Source: Fistulifera solaris
Taxonomy: Eukaryota
DNA length: 64,000 nucleotides
Assembly (NCBI GenBank): GCA_030295235.1
Contig: AP026144.1
Location: 124,001 to 188,000, forward strand
Direction of reading: 5' to 3'
In this document: piece after piece, positions 12,137-23,245 of the stretch
Position numbering within the stretch: the stretch's first letter is position 1
Layout: each line of letters opens with the position of its first letter
Notes under the pieces: model-generated
The model's input: the letters and a program-made list of their open reading frames with translations, nothing else
Told to the model about the DNA's origin: nothing
Database searches by the model: none
Made by a program: the position numbers and the translations under genes

Positions 12137-15100
12137 ATGGAAATTCCTATTTGGGAGCAAGCAAAGGAGAACTCTGCTCCTTTAGAAAGAGGACGTAATG
12201 TCGCATTGCTCGAGCAATCGGCGGTCGCGACTGAGGAGGATCGACGTGAGCTCGAACGCATGTTGCGTCATTACGAAAAATTAGTGCAACAAGAAGACGA
12301 CGATGCCCTCATTCACTGGCTTTCTTATATTAAATTCCATCAGGAATCATTCCCAGCCGATACGCACGAACAGTTCTTATTGTTGGAGCGCTGTTTTCGA
12401 GCCTTATGCCCCGTCCGAAAGTATGCGAATGACTTGCGGTTCATTCGCGTTTGCTGTCGTTACGCGGAACAAACGAAACGACCGCGGGAAATATTTCAAT
12501 ATCTGTATCAGCAAAATATCGGAGCGCAAGTTGCTATCTTTTGGGCGGCTTGGGCTTTTGTAGCAGAGAAAGAGCAGGATTACGCGTTTGCGGACAAAAT
12601 TTTTAACAAGGGATTGTCCAAAAAGGCGGCGCCTTTGAACTATTTACAACAACGGCACAAGCAGTTTCAACGTAGGATGAGTCGGTACTGGCTCAACTCA
12701 ACCAGCAATCAAGATCCCGACGATGATAACGATGACCAAGATGGGCGAGGTGTGCTAGGAGGTTTGTCGGAAGAATCGTTTCGTCGCAATGATCGTCGGG
12801 CTGCATCAAGACCAAACTCGCTGCGGAATCCTCGCATGCCTGCGACTTCTGCCACTTTTGCGACCCGGGGAACGTCAGCTCGAGCTACTTTGCAGAGACA
12901 GGATGAAAATCAACCATTTGCGATTTATACAGAACATACACAACCAGATAATGAAGCCTTGAACGATTCCCTCATTGAACCAGATGGCCGAGTTCTAGAG
13001 ACCGAAGAGGACCGTCTAAAGGAAAATACTATACTTCCCGAACGTTGGAACGAAAGGGGAGCTCTATCCACCAGTCATATATTCTCTACTACTCCAATTC
13101 TCTGTGCGCCCAAGCAGCCCGTAGCGTTTGCGGTGTATGTAGATGAAGAATGTGCCGCACAGCATCAACGCGAGCAAGTAGACAAGCGGCGTGCTGTTGA
13201 ACGCCATCGCCAAGTCCGCGACGAGAGGACTTTCAAAGAACGTGGAGTGGATAGCGTAGCCGAACGGCTAACCAACGACCCACTGCGTTATGTACGAGAC
13301 CCATCCCAAGTACAGTCCGACCAACCCGTTCGTCCTGAGGCGCCCTCGCAACTAAAATCACGAGGGTTTGACAAGATGCTGCTAAAGAGTCCCTCTGGCG
13401 CGGAGCAATGTTTTGAAGAGGCTCGTGGTCAAGCGAGCTATTTCAAACTCGTTTCGAGTTGTTCCAATGTGAATTTATTTGCGACGAGTTGTATCGATGA
13501 ACAAAATAACTCAAATATGTCCATGGACGAATCTACCAATACTTCCTACCATTCCATCTCCATTCAATCGGCTTGTGCAACATCAGTGGGAGCTCCGCAA
13601 GCCGTCGCTTTGACGCCAGGCCTACAGAACCGTCCCGTTGATCCAAACGTCACAACAGACAGTGCAACGTCTTCTGTAGCAGCTGGCGGGGTTGCCGATC
13701 CAACTATCAACACGCAATTGGCTTTGAGAGAATTATCAATGATGTTTTCGAGTCCTGCATTTCCGTTGATGGAACGAAGTCGAATTGAAGATCGTTCCGG
13801 TGGCTTGGGTCCCATTTTAAATGAATCCGGTGTTTCAGACGCATGCAATACTTCAGTAATTATTCAGCAAGAAGAAGTGTTGGCTGATTGTGATCCAGAC
13901 TCGTCATTACTTGTAGCAAAGGAACCGATGGCTGGCTTCGCTATCTTTACAGACGTTGAACACGACGACGTACCACCGGCGGATTGTGCAACAGCCGTTA
14001 AAGTACCTTTGAAATCTGCGACTGTCTTTAAAATCTACACAGATACTCCCGAAGCAGATGCTGGAGTTGAACCAGCAGAGGTGCCTGTGCGTAAGGACAC
14101 CCTGAAGCCAAGCCAAACATTTGAAATATTCATGGATGATTTACAGCCAGACCCAAGCAGAATGCTTTCTAGAGACACCGCTAACAGAGAGTTGCACGTC
14201 GATCGGAAGAAGAGAAGTGGCGTTCTGGAGCACATTGACGAGAGAAGTGATGACTCTAACTCCTGCGACGAAGAGAAGGATGGTGACACCGCAACATTTT
14301 CTCTTTTCAATGAGGTTGTTCAAATGTTGGACGATGTGAGCATTGGGGGCAATAGTGACGACTGCAATGGCAAAAGTGAGTAAGTTCATTTTGGGATTGC
14401 GCCTAAATCGTGCTTACAAATTTAACCACCTTGTGATGATACAGATTCAACCGATTTGACTAAGATTTGCAGCCAGTCAACGCACCATCCCGTCTTAAAT
14501 GCTAAGAGTATGATCTCCGACTACGCAAGTGTATACCAAGACTTGATCAAATCTTCGACGCACCATCTAAAGGGTAATGCGTCATCTCATTTTCCCAAAA
14601 TTCCAGCACTCACTCGGGTGCTTTCTGAACCGCAGACCATTTATGATCTGCAAGAGCATGCCTTACCACGTCCTCTCAAGCAACAGCAAGTAAATCAGGG
14701 TGTTGAAATAAGAATTAGTCACAGCTCAGCAAAAATTGTCACGGAGCTTGGACGAGGCTCTTTTGGAAGCGTCGCCTTGCTAGAATCAGAAACTACAGAA
14801 AAATTGCGATCAAATCTCAGGCACCAATCGACTGTCTCGCCCTCGAGTTTGATCTTTTACAAACGGCAAAAAAGCGCATAGGAACGAGAAATCTCTTTTT
14901 CCGGACCCTTTGTCGCTCATATTCTTTGCTGATGGAGCCTTGCTCGCAATGTCTGCTGTGACCACGTCGGGTTTGAATCTTATTGACCTTGTGAATGCTT
15001 ACACGTTACACGACGAATCCGTGCCAGAAATTGTAGTCCTTTACTACACCTCATTGATGCTTTTATATATTGAAATCCTCCATTGGAAGGCGAAAATTCT

Positions 15101-15745
15101 GGTACGTCTATCATGCAGAGACGAATGGTTTGCGATGCTATCTCATCTCTCATTTTCTTTGTTCTTGTTGAATAGCATTGTGATGTAAAGCCTGACAACT
15201 GGGTCCTATCGCAATCTCATACAATGGCGGGTGATTCTGTTGTTGGAACTGACCTTTGTTTGATCGATTTTGGGCGAGGTATTGATTTGGCTAAACATGA
15301 AGGGCGTGCTGTATCCCTGAGCGACAAAAATGTGATGAACAAGAGATTCATAGGACCTTCTTGTGTGGAAGAGATGATGTGTGTCGCGATGAGGAGAGGT
15401 CTTCCGTGGTCGTTTGACGCAGACACATTTGGTATCTGCGCGTGTGTTCATGTATTACTTTTTAGCTCGCACATTGAATTGAAGGAAGATAAAAACGGTG
15501 ATTGGGTTCCGATCGAACCGTTGGAAGGATTAACATACGCCACTTTTTGGGACGAGATGTTTCGGACATTGTTAAATCTAGACCCTGAAACACAAGTAGC
15601 GATTGGGTCACGTCCTCATTCTTTACGTGAGATGCGGAAGAAAATTGACAACGAATGGAAAGACGATATTGTTCTTCAAAGAGAGCTTCGCCGACAAGCT
15701 ACCTTGTTGCCCAGCACGCGAGATATTCTGAAGGAAAGGAAATAG
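12137..15745 (+). CDS. BUB1: Spindle checkpoint kinase BUB1/MAD3; introns 14376-14444 and 15102-15175, frameshift near 14802
   Basis: N-terminal WEQAKENSAPLERGR (KEN box) and Mad3/Bub1 TPR region, repeated F(A/E/K)I(Y/F)xD ABBA-like motifs; kinase LGRGSFG, spliced HCDVKPDNW, LIDFGRGID, PWSFDADTFG. Both introns splice in frame. Confidence 0.93.
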
Positions 15746-15824
15746 AAATTGTAGTATATCGAGCTAGCCAAAACGAATCTAATCTTAGATTTGTTGAATG
15801 TATCTGTTGCTGTAGATACTCTTT

Positions 15825-17229
15825 TTACATTTGTCGACACTGCACGTTACTGTCCTCTTCATACATAGGCCCTTGTCGCATGCCAAAAAACGGATTGGTG
15901 CCCTGTGCATGATAAAAGAAAGGATGTGGTTCGTCTTGTTCCTCTTCATATCGATGGCGTGTGTCATCAGGTGGAATTCCACTAGCGACTCCAAATTCAG
16001 AGCGTTTTGCTTGTGTCAATTCCAAAGTATCCTTAATGTGCGCAGGTTTTGTGCCTTCCATTTTATGAACAAGTCGTTTCAACTCCTTGTATTCTTCCCC
16101 CGTCAACTGATTGCGATGCTGTGGCAGTAACACCTCAAACTCGATGTATAAATCACCGAACTCGGTACCAGTTTTGGGCATACCGTATCCACGCAAGCGA
16201 TAGATATCTCCCGATTGAATCGAACCGGCTACTGCAATAGGAATCTCTTTTCCATTCAAGTGTCGAATGCGTCGTTGAAAACCACCCAACGCTTCACTCC
16301 ACGAAATCGATAACGACATGGCCAAATCATAATGCTTGCGCGTAAAGACATCATGCCGTTGCTGCTGTACGACTAACACCAGATCAGCAGGCGTTGCGTC
16401 CGGTACAAAATCAATTTCACCACTGCACAACACCACATGTCCAGCCTCGGTTCCAGGTGGAATGTGTACGGATACATGTTTAGCGTGATAATGCGTTTCA
16501 TGAAACGGCGAAGCATTGGGTGGTGGTACCAGAATCGTTTTGGTGATGCCGTGATATAATTCTTCCAATGTCAGGGTGATTTGATAACGAGTGGTGCGAT
16601 TGATGGGATGATGATTGTTGAATGGACGTGCCTGGTTAAAGAACTGTTGAAAGATGTCGTAGGGCATGTTTCCTTGTTGCTGCTGTTGCAAGCCCGCCTT
16701 GCCATATCGATTGTACAATTGCCGTTGTTCGGGATCCGAGAGTACTTGATAAGCTTCCGCGACTTTATCAAACGCACGTCGATCTCCTTGTGTCTTGTCG
16801 GGATGTGTCACAACGGCGCGCCGTCGATACGCCTTTTGTATTTTGGCGTCAGCATCGGGATGCAGACCATCTTGACGAGTCAATCCTAGTATTTGATAAT
16901 AATCGTCTTGTTTCAAAATGTCTTGCAGTAGGTGTTGTTGTCGTGTGGATGAAGCAGACGAAGAAGCATTCGATGTTGTATTTGTTGCGGTCGAGGAACT
17001 AGCGGAAGGAGTTTTCTTTTGCTCTTTTTCTTTTCTGATGATGAGAGTCTTTTGGTTCGTAAGTGGATGAATGATTGCTATCGGGTGCATTCGCTTCTGT
17101 TTCCCCGCCTCGCCAGGCTGTCGTCGAACGCAAAGAATCATGGGAAGGTGAGGACGAGGCATGCGAAGCAACAGTTGTGGCTGTTGATGTTGACAACGAC
17201 ACGAAACACAACCACTCCTTCTTCTTCAT
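15825..17229 (-). CDS. DnaJ/Hsp40 co-chaperone (J domain + C-terminal domain, CaaX end); probable frameshift near 17015
   Basis: DYYQILG..HPDK..AYQVLSDPEQRQLYNRYG, DnaJ_C region (TLEELYHG, GYGMPK, GDLYIEFEV), ends CRQM; likely ATG at 17229. Confidence 0.9.
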
Positions 17230-17822
17230 GAGTTTGATTTTATTCACACACACACACAGAAACAATCTGACGGTAGTACCAGTAATGCGATAGTACCCAG
17301 GTAAGTTTGCTTTGAAGGACGACTTTTTGGAAAGACGAAGACAAAAGGAATTGATGAAAAGAGGGAGAAAAAAAAACTACATGGTTACCTGGTACCGGTA
17401 GTCTTCCACGTGGATGACAATCGACAAGGAATGAAGGATTGGGATGTGACAATTGACAATTGCATGTCGGACGACAGTCAGATAGTCGCGGTGCGCTGTG
17501 ATCGAAGAAGAATATCATCAATCATCATCATCATCGGCGGAGTGCCTACTTGTCATTGGATACACATAACCGTTTCCCCTATCTATCCATACCAACGGAC
17601 AAATTTTAAGTCCGAATTGGTCCGCGAAAACAGAAAAGGGCGACCCTCTATTGGCGTACGAAGTAAATAAAAAATAGGTGGCAGAAGGAACAATCGTGTG
17701 AGCGGCAGAAACAAAAGAGCGTTGCGCAAAACAGAGAAATAGACATCTCACATCTCACATACCCCTAGAGTATTCATTCTTTTATAGATCCAAACAACAA
17801 CAAAAGAAAAAGAAAACAAATC

Positions 17823-19295
17823 ATGTCGAGTCTATCATACAAAGATAATCCTGGTGAAACATCGACGTATGGCGAGGACGCCTTTCCGCCCACGGCGAGC
17901 GTCTTTCGATCGAACGACGACAACGCCTCGACAGCGACCTCACGCCGTCGGAAGATTTGCTGCTGCTTGCCACGCCCGAAATCGCGACGTGGTGTTTGGA
18001 TGTTGCGAGCAGTCTTTGCCTTTGGATTGCTCTTGATGGCTGTCATCGGAGTGGCCGTCTATCTTGGAATGCAGAATTCTTCGTCCACGCCCCGCAATGT
18101 CGGTCCCTTGATCTCGTCAGAAGAGATGGATCGCTACTTACGTCAAGCCGTAGGAGCAAATGAATTGGAAAACAGAGACTCTTACACGAGTCTAGCCTAC
18201 CGATGGATGCTGCAAAATCCGTTTTCGTTACAAGAATTTCGTATGCGTGTGGAAGATCGTGTCTTGCAGCGCTACGCCCTCGCGTGTTTGTACTACGCCA
18301 CTTACCGCGTCAACAACGACTGGCTTCGTTACAATCAAGGTTTATTGGATGCTCAACCTCAAGACATTTTCGCCTGGACCGAAAGCCAAGGTTGGTTGGT
18401 ATACGCCAACGAGTGTGACTGGTACGGTATCACTTGCAATCAGTTCGGCTACGTCACCAGTTTGGACCTGGGCTCGAACGAGTTGACTGGAGAAATCCCT
18501 CCGCAGTTGCAGTACTTGAGTCACGGTCTAGAATTTTTGAATATCGAAGGCAACTACGCGTACAATGTTCATCCCCACTTTCTGGGAAAGCTGACCAATC
18601 TCAAGTACTTGTACATGAAGAGTTCATTGTTCGAGAGCGACGGTATTCCGCTGGTATTCGCTGCACTCACGAATTTAGAAGAATTCGATTGCTCGCACAC
18701 CATGTTTCACGGACCGCTACGCGAAGATATTTTCGAGAACATGGCACAGCTCCGGTATTTGGAAATTTCTGGCAATCAAGTGAACGGTACTCTCCCACAA
18801 TCCCTCATCAGTTTGCCCAATCTCAAGTATTTTTATGCTGATAGCGTAGGACTGACGGGCAATTTGGAGTTTTTGCAAGACATGAGTGCCTTAGTGGAGA
18901 CTTGGTTGGATCGCAATCCGACCTTGACAGGCACTCTTCCCACGGTTTTGGGACCACAGTTGGAGTCGCTGAGTTTGACACGCAACAATATCACGAGCAG
19001 TATTCCAAACGAGTGGGGTAGCCACTCCAAGTTGAAGCACTTGTGGTTGTACAGCAATTATTTGTACGGTTCCATCCCTCATTCCTTCCGAAAGTTGTCT
19101 CAATTACAGACGTTTGCAATCGAAGACAACTTGTTCACTGGAAATGTCGAGCACATGTGCACTGATTTGAGTATCTCAGAGTTTCAAGTCGACTGTGAAA
19201 TGGATTGCAGTTGCTGCAGTTGTTGTGGACTAGAATGCACCGGTGAAGGGATTGAACGTCTCAGTAACACAAAGTTACTGAGACACATCATATGA
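17823..19295 (+). CDS. Type II membrane leucine-rich-repeat protein (diatom-expanded family)
   Basis: N-terminal TM helix, QRYALACLYYAT and ECDWYGITC cap, plant-type LxLxxNxLTGxIP repeats, C-terminal DCxxxCSCC. Confidence 0.9.
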   Translation: MSSLSYKDNPGETSTYGEDAFPPTASVFRSNDDNASTATSRRRKICCCLPRPKSRRGVWMLRAVFAFGLLLMAVIGVAVYLGMQNSSSTPRNVGPLISSEEMDRYLRQAVGANELENRDSYTSLAYRWMLQNPFSLQEFRMRVEDRVLQRYALACLYYATYRVNNDWLRYNQGLLDAQPQDIFAWTESQGWLVYANECDWYGITCNQFGYVTSLDLGSNELTGEIPPQLQYLSHGLEFLNIEGNYAYNVHPHFLGKLTNLKYLYMKSSLFESDGIPLVFAALTNLEEFDCSHTMFHGPLREDIFENMAQLRYLEISGNQVNGTLPQSLISLPNLKYFYADSVGLTGNLEFLQDMSALVETWLDRNPTLTGTLPTVLGPQLESLSLTRNNITSSIPNEWGSHSKLKHLWLYSNYLYGSIPHSFRKLSQLQTFAIEDNLFTGNVEHMCTDLSISEFQVDCEMDCSCCSCCGLECTGEGIERLSNTKLLRHII

Positions 19296-19390
19296 TTCTG
19301 GCTGACTAGGTCCATCATTCACAGTATTATTTTTTAAATATTACATCTTGCATTTTACAAGCCTTTCGATCTCTCTACAAAGTAGTTAAT

Positions 19391-19644
19391 TGACGTGAAA
19401 CGCGCTGTAAATCCTCACTAGCTAAATTTCCTTAACCTTAAAGGGAATTGACCTGACGGCGACATTGTGCAACGTCGCTCTAGACCTTAAATAGATTTGA
19501 TCACACGAATGCATCGATTGTGCAACGTCGACGTCATTGAGCGAAACCGGTTGAACTGAAATCTCGCGCTTGCGTCGATTGCTCTGCACGTCGTACGTGG
19601 TATCTTACCGTGTCTCCTCGCGTGCTTCATAAAGTCAATGACGT
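19391..19644. promoter_or_regulatory. Cluster of TGACGT (CRE/CCRE/aureo-box type bZIP) elements upstream of the repeat-protein gene
   Basis: TGACGT at 19391 and 19639, ACGTCA at 19531, duplicated ATTGTGCAACGTCG at 19464 and 19517, further ACGT cores near 19587. Confidence 0.45.
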
Positions 19645-19879
19645 CTCTTTCTCGTGTTGTTGGCGTGTTGTTAATACGTTTGCCGTCGCTGACAATCACT
19701 AGTATTCACGGTATCAATCATTACTTCTTCGTGTTCTTCAAAGGGTCTCCTATCTCATTCGTATTGAAGAGAAAGGGCCGAACATCTTGAGGGAAACCAA
19801 GCTGTGAAGACGAAACGATAAATCTTTTCTCCTCGCAAACTCATTTCTCCAGAACGACTTTTTCTCAACACCATTCATC

Positions 19880-22078
19880 ATGAGATTCTCTGCAGCCGTT
19901 TCGATGCTCTTTCTCTGCATCAATCCCCACGAGGGCTTTCAACTTTCAGGAAATTTTTCTCCCTTTGGTAAGAGAATGGCAGATGGAAAGGGAAGCAGCG
20001 CTTACCTTGAAAATATGAAAGCTTCATCCTCGTATGGGGCGTCCTCGCCGGCGACGCCCGTCAATGCTTTTGTGGGTGGCGCCGCCAACAACAACCAGGC
20101 TTACAGTGCTCCTCCCAGTAGCTACAGTCCCTTTGGAAAAAAGATGGCTGACGGAAAGTCGAGTAGCCCGTACTTGAATGCTGTTGCATCGAACGCACCG
20201 ACATCCTCTTCTTACGAATCTTACTCGGCACCTATCGAGACGTCTTTTGGCTCTGCTCCTGTCGCTCCATCGGCTTCTACCAGCAGTTATTTGAGCAGTA
20301 TGGGCGGTGCCAGTGCCGCTCCAACCAAGCCAGGAAGTTATTCACCATTTGGTCGTAAGATGGGCGACGGGAAGTCATCTAGCTCGTATTTGAACACTGT
20401 CGCTGGACCGTCTAAGGCTAGTGGTTCATACAGTCCTTTTGGTAAGAAGATGGCTGACGGCAAATCGAGTAGCCCATATTTGAATAGTGTCGCTTCCGCT
20501 TCACCAGCATCAGCTTCTTTTTCGACACCTCTTGAGACTTCTTCTGGGCCTTCTGCCGTGGCTCCGCCGGCTTCTACCAGCAGTTATTTGAGCAGTATGG
20601 GCGGTGCCAGTGCCGCTCCAACCAAGCCAGGAAGTTATTCACCATTTGGTCGTAAGATGGGCGACGGGAAGTCATCTAGCTCGTATTTGAACACTGTCGC
20701 TGGACCGTCTAAGGCTAGTGGTTCATACAGTCCTTTTGGTAAGAAGATGGCTGACGGCAAATCGAGTAGCCCATATTTGAATAGTGTCGCTTCCGCTTCA
20801 CCAGCATCAGCTTCTTTTTCGACACCTCTTGAGACTTCTTCTGGGCCTTCTGCCGTGGCTCCGCCGGCTTCGACCAGCAGTTATTTGAGCAGTATGGGCG
20901 GTGCCAGTGCCGCTCCAACCAAGCCAGGAAGTTATTCACCATTTGGTCGTAAGATGGGCGACGGGAAGTCATCTAGCTCGTATTTGAACACTGTCGCTGG
21001 ACCGTCTAAGGCTAGCGGTGCATACAGTCCTTTTGGCAAGAAGATGGCTGACGGCAAATCGAGCAGTCCATACTTGAATGCCGTCGCTTCCGCTACGTCG
21101 GCTTCTGCTTCGTACGATTCGTATTCGGCCCCTGTTCAATCTGCTGCACCCGTTCAATCTTCTGAGCCTTCTGCCGTGGCTCCGCCGGCTTCGACCAGCA
21201 GTTATTTGAGCAGTATGGGCGGTACCAGTGCCGCTCCAACCAAGCCAGGAAGTTATTCACCATTTGGTCGTAAGATGGGCGACGGGAAGTCATCTAGCTC
21301 GTATTTGAACACTGTCGCTGGACCGTCTAAGGCTAGCGGTGCATACAGTCCTTTTGGCAAGAAGATGGCTGACGGCAAATCGAGCAGTCCATACTTGAAT
21401 GCCGTCGCTTCCGCTACGTCGGCTTCTGCTTCGTACGATTCGTATTCGGCCCCTGTTCAATCTGCTGCACCCGTTCAATCTTCTGAGCCTTCTGCCGTGG
21501 CTCCGCCGGCTTCGACCAGCAGTTATTTGAGCAGTATGGGCGGTGCCAGTGCCGCTCCAACCAAGCCAGGAAGTTATTCACCATTTGGTCGTAAGATGGG
21601 CGACGGGAAGTCATCTAGCTCGTATTTGAACACTGTCGCTGGACCGTCTAAGGCTAGCGGTGCATACAGTCCTTTTGGTAAGAAGATGGCTGACGGCAAA
21701 TCGAGCAGTCCATACTTGAATGCCGTCGCTTCCGCTACGTCGGCTTCTGCTTCCTACGAATCGTACATTGCTCCCCCCACGTCCAGCTACGCTCCCACTC
21801 CTGTTTCAGCACCACCGTCGGCATCAACTTTCTCGCAAACCCCAGCCGCTCCTGCAACTGCTGCTTCGACTGGCTTTTCATACTTGAATACATTGGCACC
21901 CGCGAATCCAGCTCCATTCAAGTACGCGCCAATAGACGGAAAGATGGGGGATGCGAGATCGGGAAATAGTTACTTGGACGGTCTTCGCAGCTACCAGCCA
22001 GTTTCGAATTCTTACGGGTCACTCCAGGACTCGTTCTCAAGTGCTACGGGTGTGAATGAAATGTCTGGACGTCAGTAA
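19880..22078 (+). CDS. Predicted plastid-targeted, Ser/Ala/Pro-rich disordered repeat protein (candidate pyrenoid linker)
   Basis: Intact 732-aa ORF; signal peptide MRFSAAVSMLFLCINPHEG followed by F; 12 SPFG(K/R)(K/R)M(A/G)DGK motifs plus xYL motifs; no globular domain. Confidence 0.85.
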   Translation: MRFSAAVSMLFLCINPHEGFQLSGNFSPFGKRMADGKGSSAYLENMKASSSYGASSPATPVNAFVGGAANNNQAYSAPPSSYSPFGKKMADGKSSSPYLNAVASNAPTSSSYESYSAPIETSFGSAPVAPSASTSSYLSSMGGASAAPTKPGSYSPFGRKMGDGKSSSSYLNTVAGPSKASGSYSPFGKKMADGKSSSPYLNSVASASPASASFSTPLETSSGPSAVAPPASTSSYLSSMGGASAAPTKPGSYSPFGRKMGDGKSSSSYLNTVAGPSKASGSYSPFGKKMADGKSSSPYLNSVASASPASASFSTPLETSSGPSAVAPPASTSSYLSSMGGASAAPTKPGSYSPFGRKMGDGKSSSSYLNTVAGPSKASGAYSPFGKKMADGKSSSPYLNAVASATSASASYDSYSAPVQSAAPVQSSEPSAVAPPASTSSYLSSMGGTSAAPTKPGSYSPFGRKMGDGKSSSSYLNTVAGPSKASGAYSPFGKKMADGKSSSPYLNAVASATSASASYDSYSAPVQSAAPVQSSEPSAVAPPASTSSYLSSMGGASAAPTKPGSYSPFGRKMGDGKSSSSYLNTVAGPSKASGAYSPFGKKMADGKSSSPYLNAVASATSASASYESYIAPPTSSYAPTPVSAPPSASTFSQTPAAPATAASTGFSYLNTLAPANPAPFKYAPIDGKMGDARSGNSYLDGLRSYQPVSNSYGSLQDSFSSATGVNEMSGRQ
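20274..21760 (+). repeat. Intragenic near-perfect tandem repeat, units of 297, 297, 321 and 321 bp plus a partial fifth
   Basis: Anchor cttc(t/g)ac recurs at 20274, 20571, 20868, 21189 and 21510; units are nearly identical at the DNA level and multiples of 3. Confidence 0.95.
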
Positions 22079-22171
22079 CGTTGATGCTTCATACAAGAAG
22101 CTGAGACGTCTCAAAAAAAGTACCACTTCGTAAATTTTAAAAAGAATTTGTTAAGGAGTTAATGCTTTGCC

Positions 22172-23086
22172 CTAATGTAATCTAGCGGCGGTATGATCCT
22201 TAGGTTTGTCTTTGCTAAGGAAGCCATGCGTGACTTCAGTGAGACGCTCTCGAATCATCATCAGCAATGCACTTTTAAGCAGTGTATGCAACAGTTGCAA
22301 GCGACATCCTTGATACAAACCAGAACATCCCCTTTCCATGTATTCTTTTCGCAACGTACTCCACAAATCCCCTTGAATCGATTGTGTCATGAGCAACATT
22401 TTCGCGCGAATGAGTGGATATGTCGCTATTGTAGCTACTAGTTTCGCAACAGCACCCATGCAGAACGCTTCCACCCAATGCAGTGTCCGTTTTTGTTGAT
22501 GACTGGCGTTGCGATGAAGTATTCTATGTCGGAGGCTGTCAAAGACAGTGTAATGAATGGACGGGTTGGCGCAAAGCAGGAGAGATGGCAACAATCCTTT
22601 CCAGTATTTAGATAGCTCTGAAGCGTATTGCTGAATAATTTCAAGATTTATTGGGGGAGATTGCGCTTGTTGAGGCTTGATTACCCTTTGATTATTCATG
22701 TGAATCTGTTGCTGTTGTTGCTCTTGCGTCGAAATGACATCCAACGGCAAAGTCACGAAAGTGTTACCGATAGCTGCTACTGCGGCCATCAGCAAGCGTA
22801 ACAGGACAGAAGGAGACTGCTGGTGGTGGTGATTCCTAACCATGCGTTGAACTGAGGAATACAGATAAAAATAAATAAAATTGCTCGCTGCCGTGTGCGC
22901 GCTTTTCCATTGAATTCCGGCTAAAAAGGAATGCAGTTTTGTGGAAGAAGATAACGCAGGACATCCCTGAATCAAAGTCTTGTAAACATCGAGCGGATAG
23001 AAAGACCATAAGGAGATTAAAGCGGCCAAAGTACCAGCTACGGCATCACTGAGTGCCCTATTAGACTGAGTTTCCGAGAATGACAT
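22172..23086 (-). CDS. Mitochondrial carrier family protein, peroxisomal adenine nucleotide/cofactor carrier-like (PMP34/ANT1 type)
   Basis: Px(D/E)xx(K/R)-type signatures YPLDVYKT, LPLDVIST, YPLIRAK; YWKGLLPSLLLCANPSIHYTVFD; GAVAKLVATIATYP. Confidence 0.85.
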   Translation of the reverse strand: MSFSETQSNRALSDAVAGTLAALISLWSFYPLDVYKTLIQGCPALSSSTKLHSFLAGIQWKSAHTAASNFIYFYLYSSVQRMVRNHHHQQSPSVLLRLLMAAVAAIGNTFVTLPLDVISTQEQQQQQIHMNNQRVIKPQQAQSPPINLEIIQQYASELSKYWKGLLPSLLLCANPSIHYTVFDSLRHRILHRNASHQQKRTLHWVEAFCMGAVAKLVATIATYPLIRAKMLLMTQSIQGDLWSTLRKEYMERGCSGLYQGCRLQLLHTLLKSALLMMIRERLTEVTHGFLSKDKPKDHTAARLH

Positions 23087-23245
23087 GCCTCTGGGACTGC
23101 GCTTTGTTTGCAATCACTTCAAATTTCTTTGCATTGAAGTTCTACAATACGAGGCGATAAAATTTCCTTCTTATTATCGTCTAGGAGAACAGAAAAAAAA
23201 CAAAATTTAATGCAGAATACAAGCGTGTGTGGCGTCTCATTATTA

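Noticed and set aside
19880..22078. Repeat protein as a silaffin/frustulin-type wall protein
   Set aside because: It lacks the dense KxxK/KSxK silaffin pattern, RxL processing sites and Cys-rich frustulin domains, and has Phe at +1 suggesting plastid import. Disfavoured, but not fully excluded without localisation.
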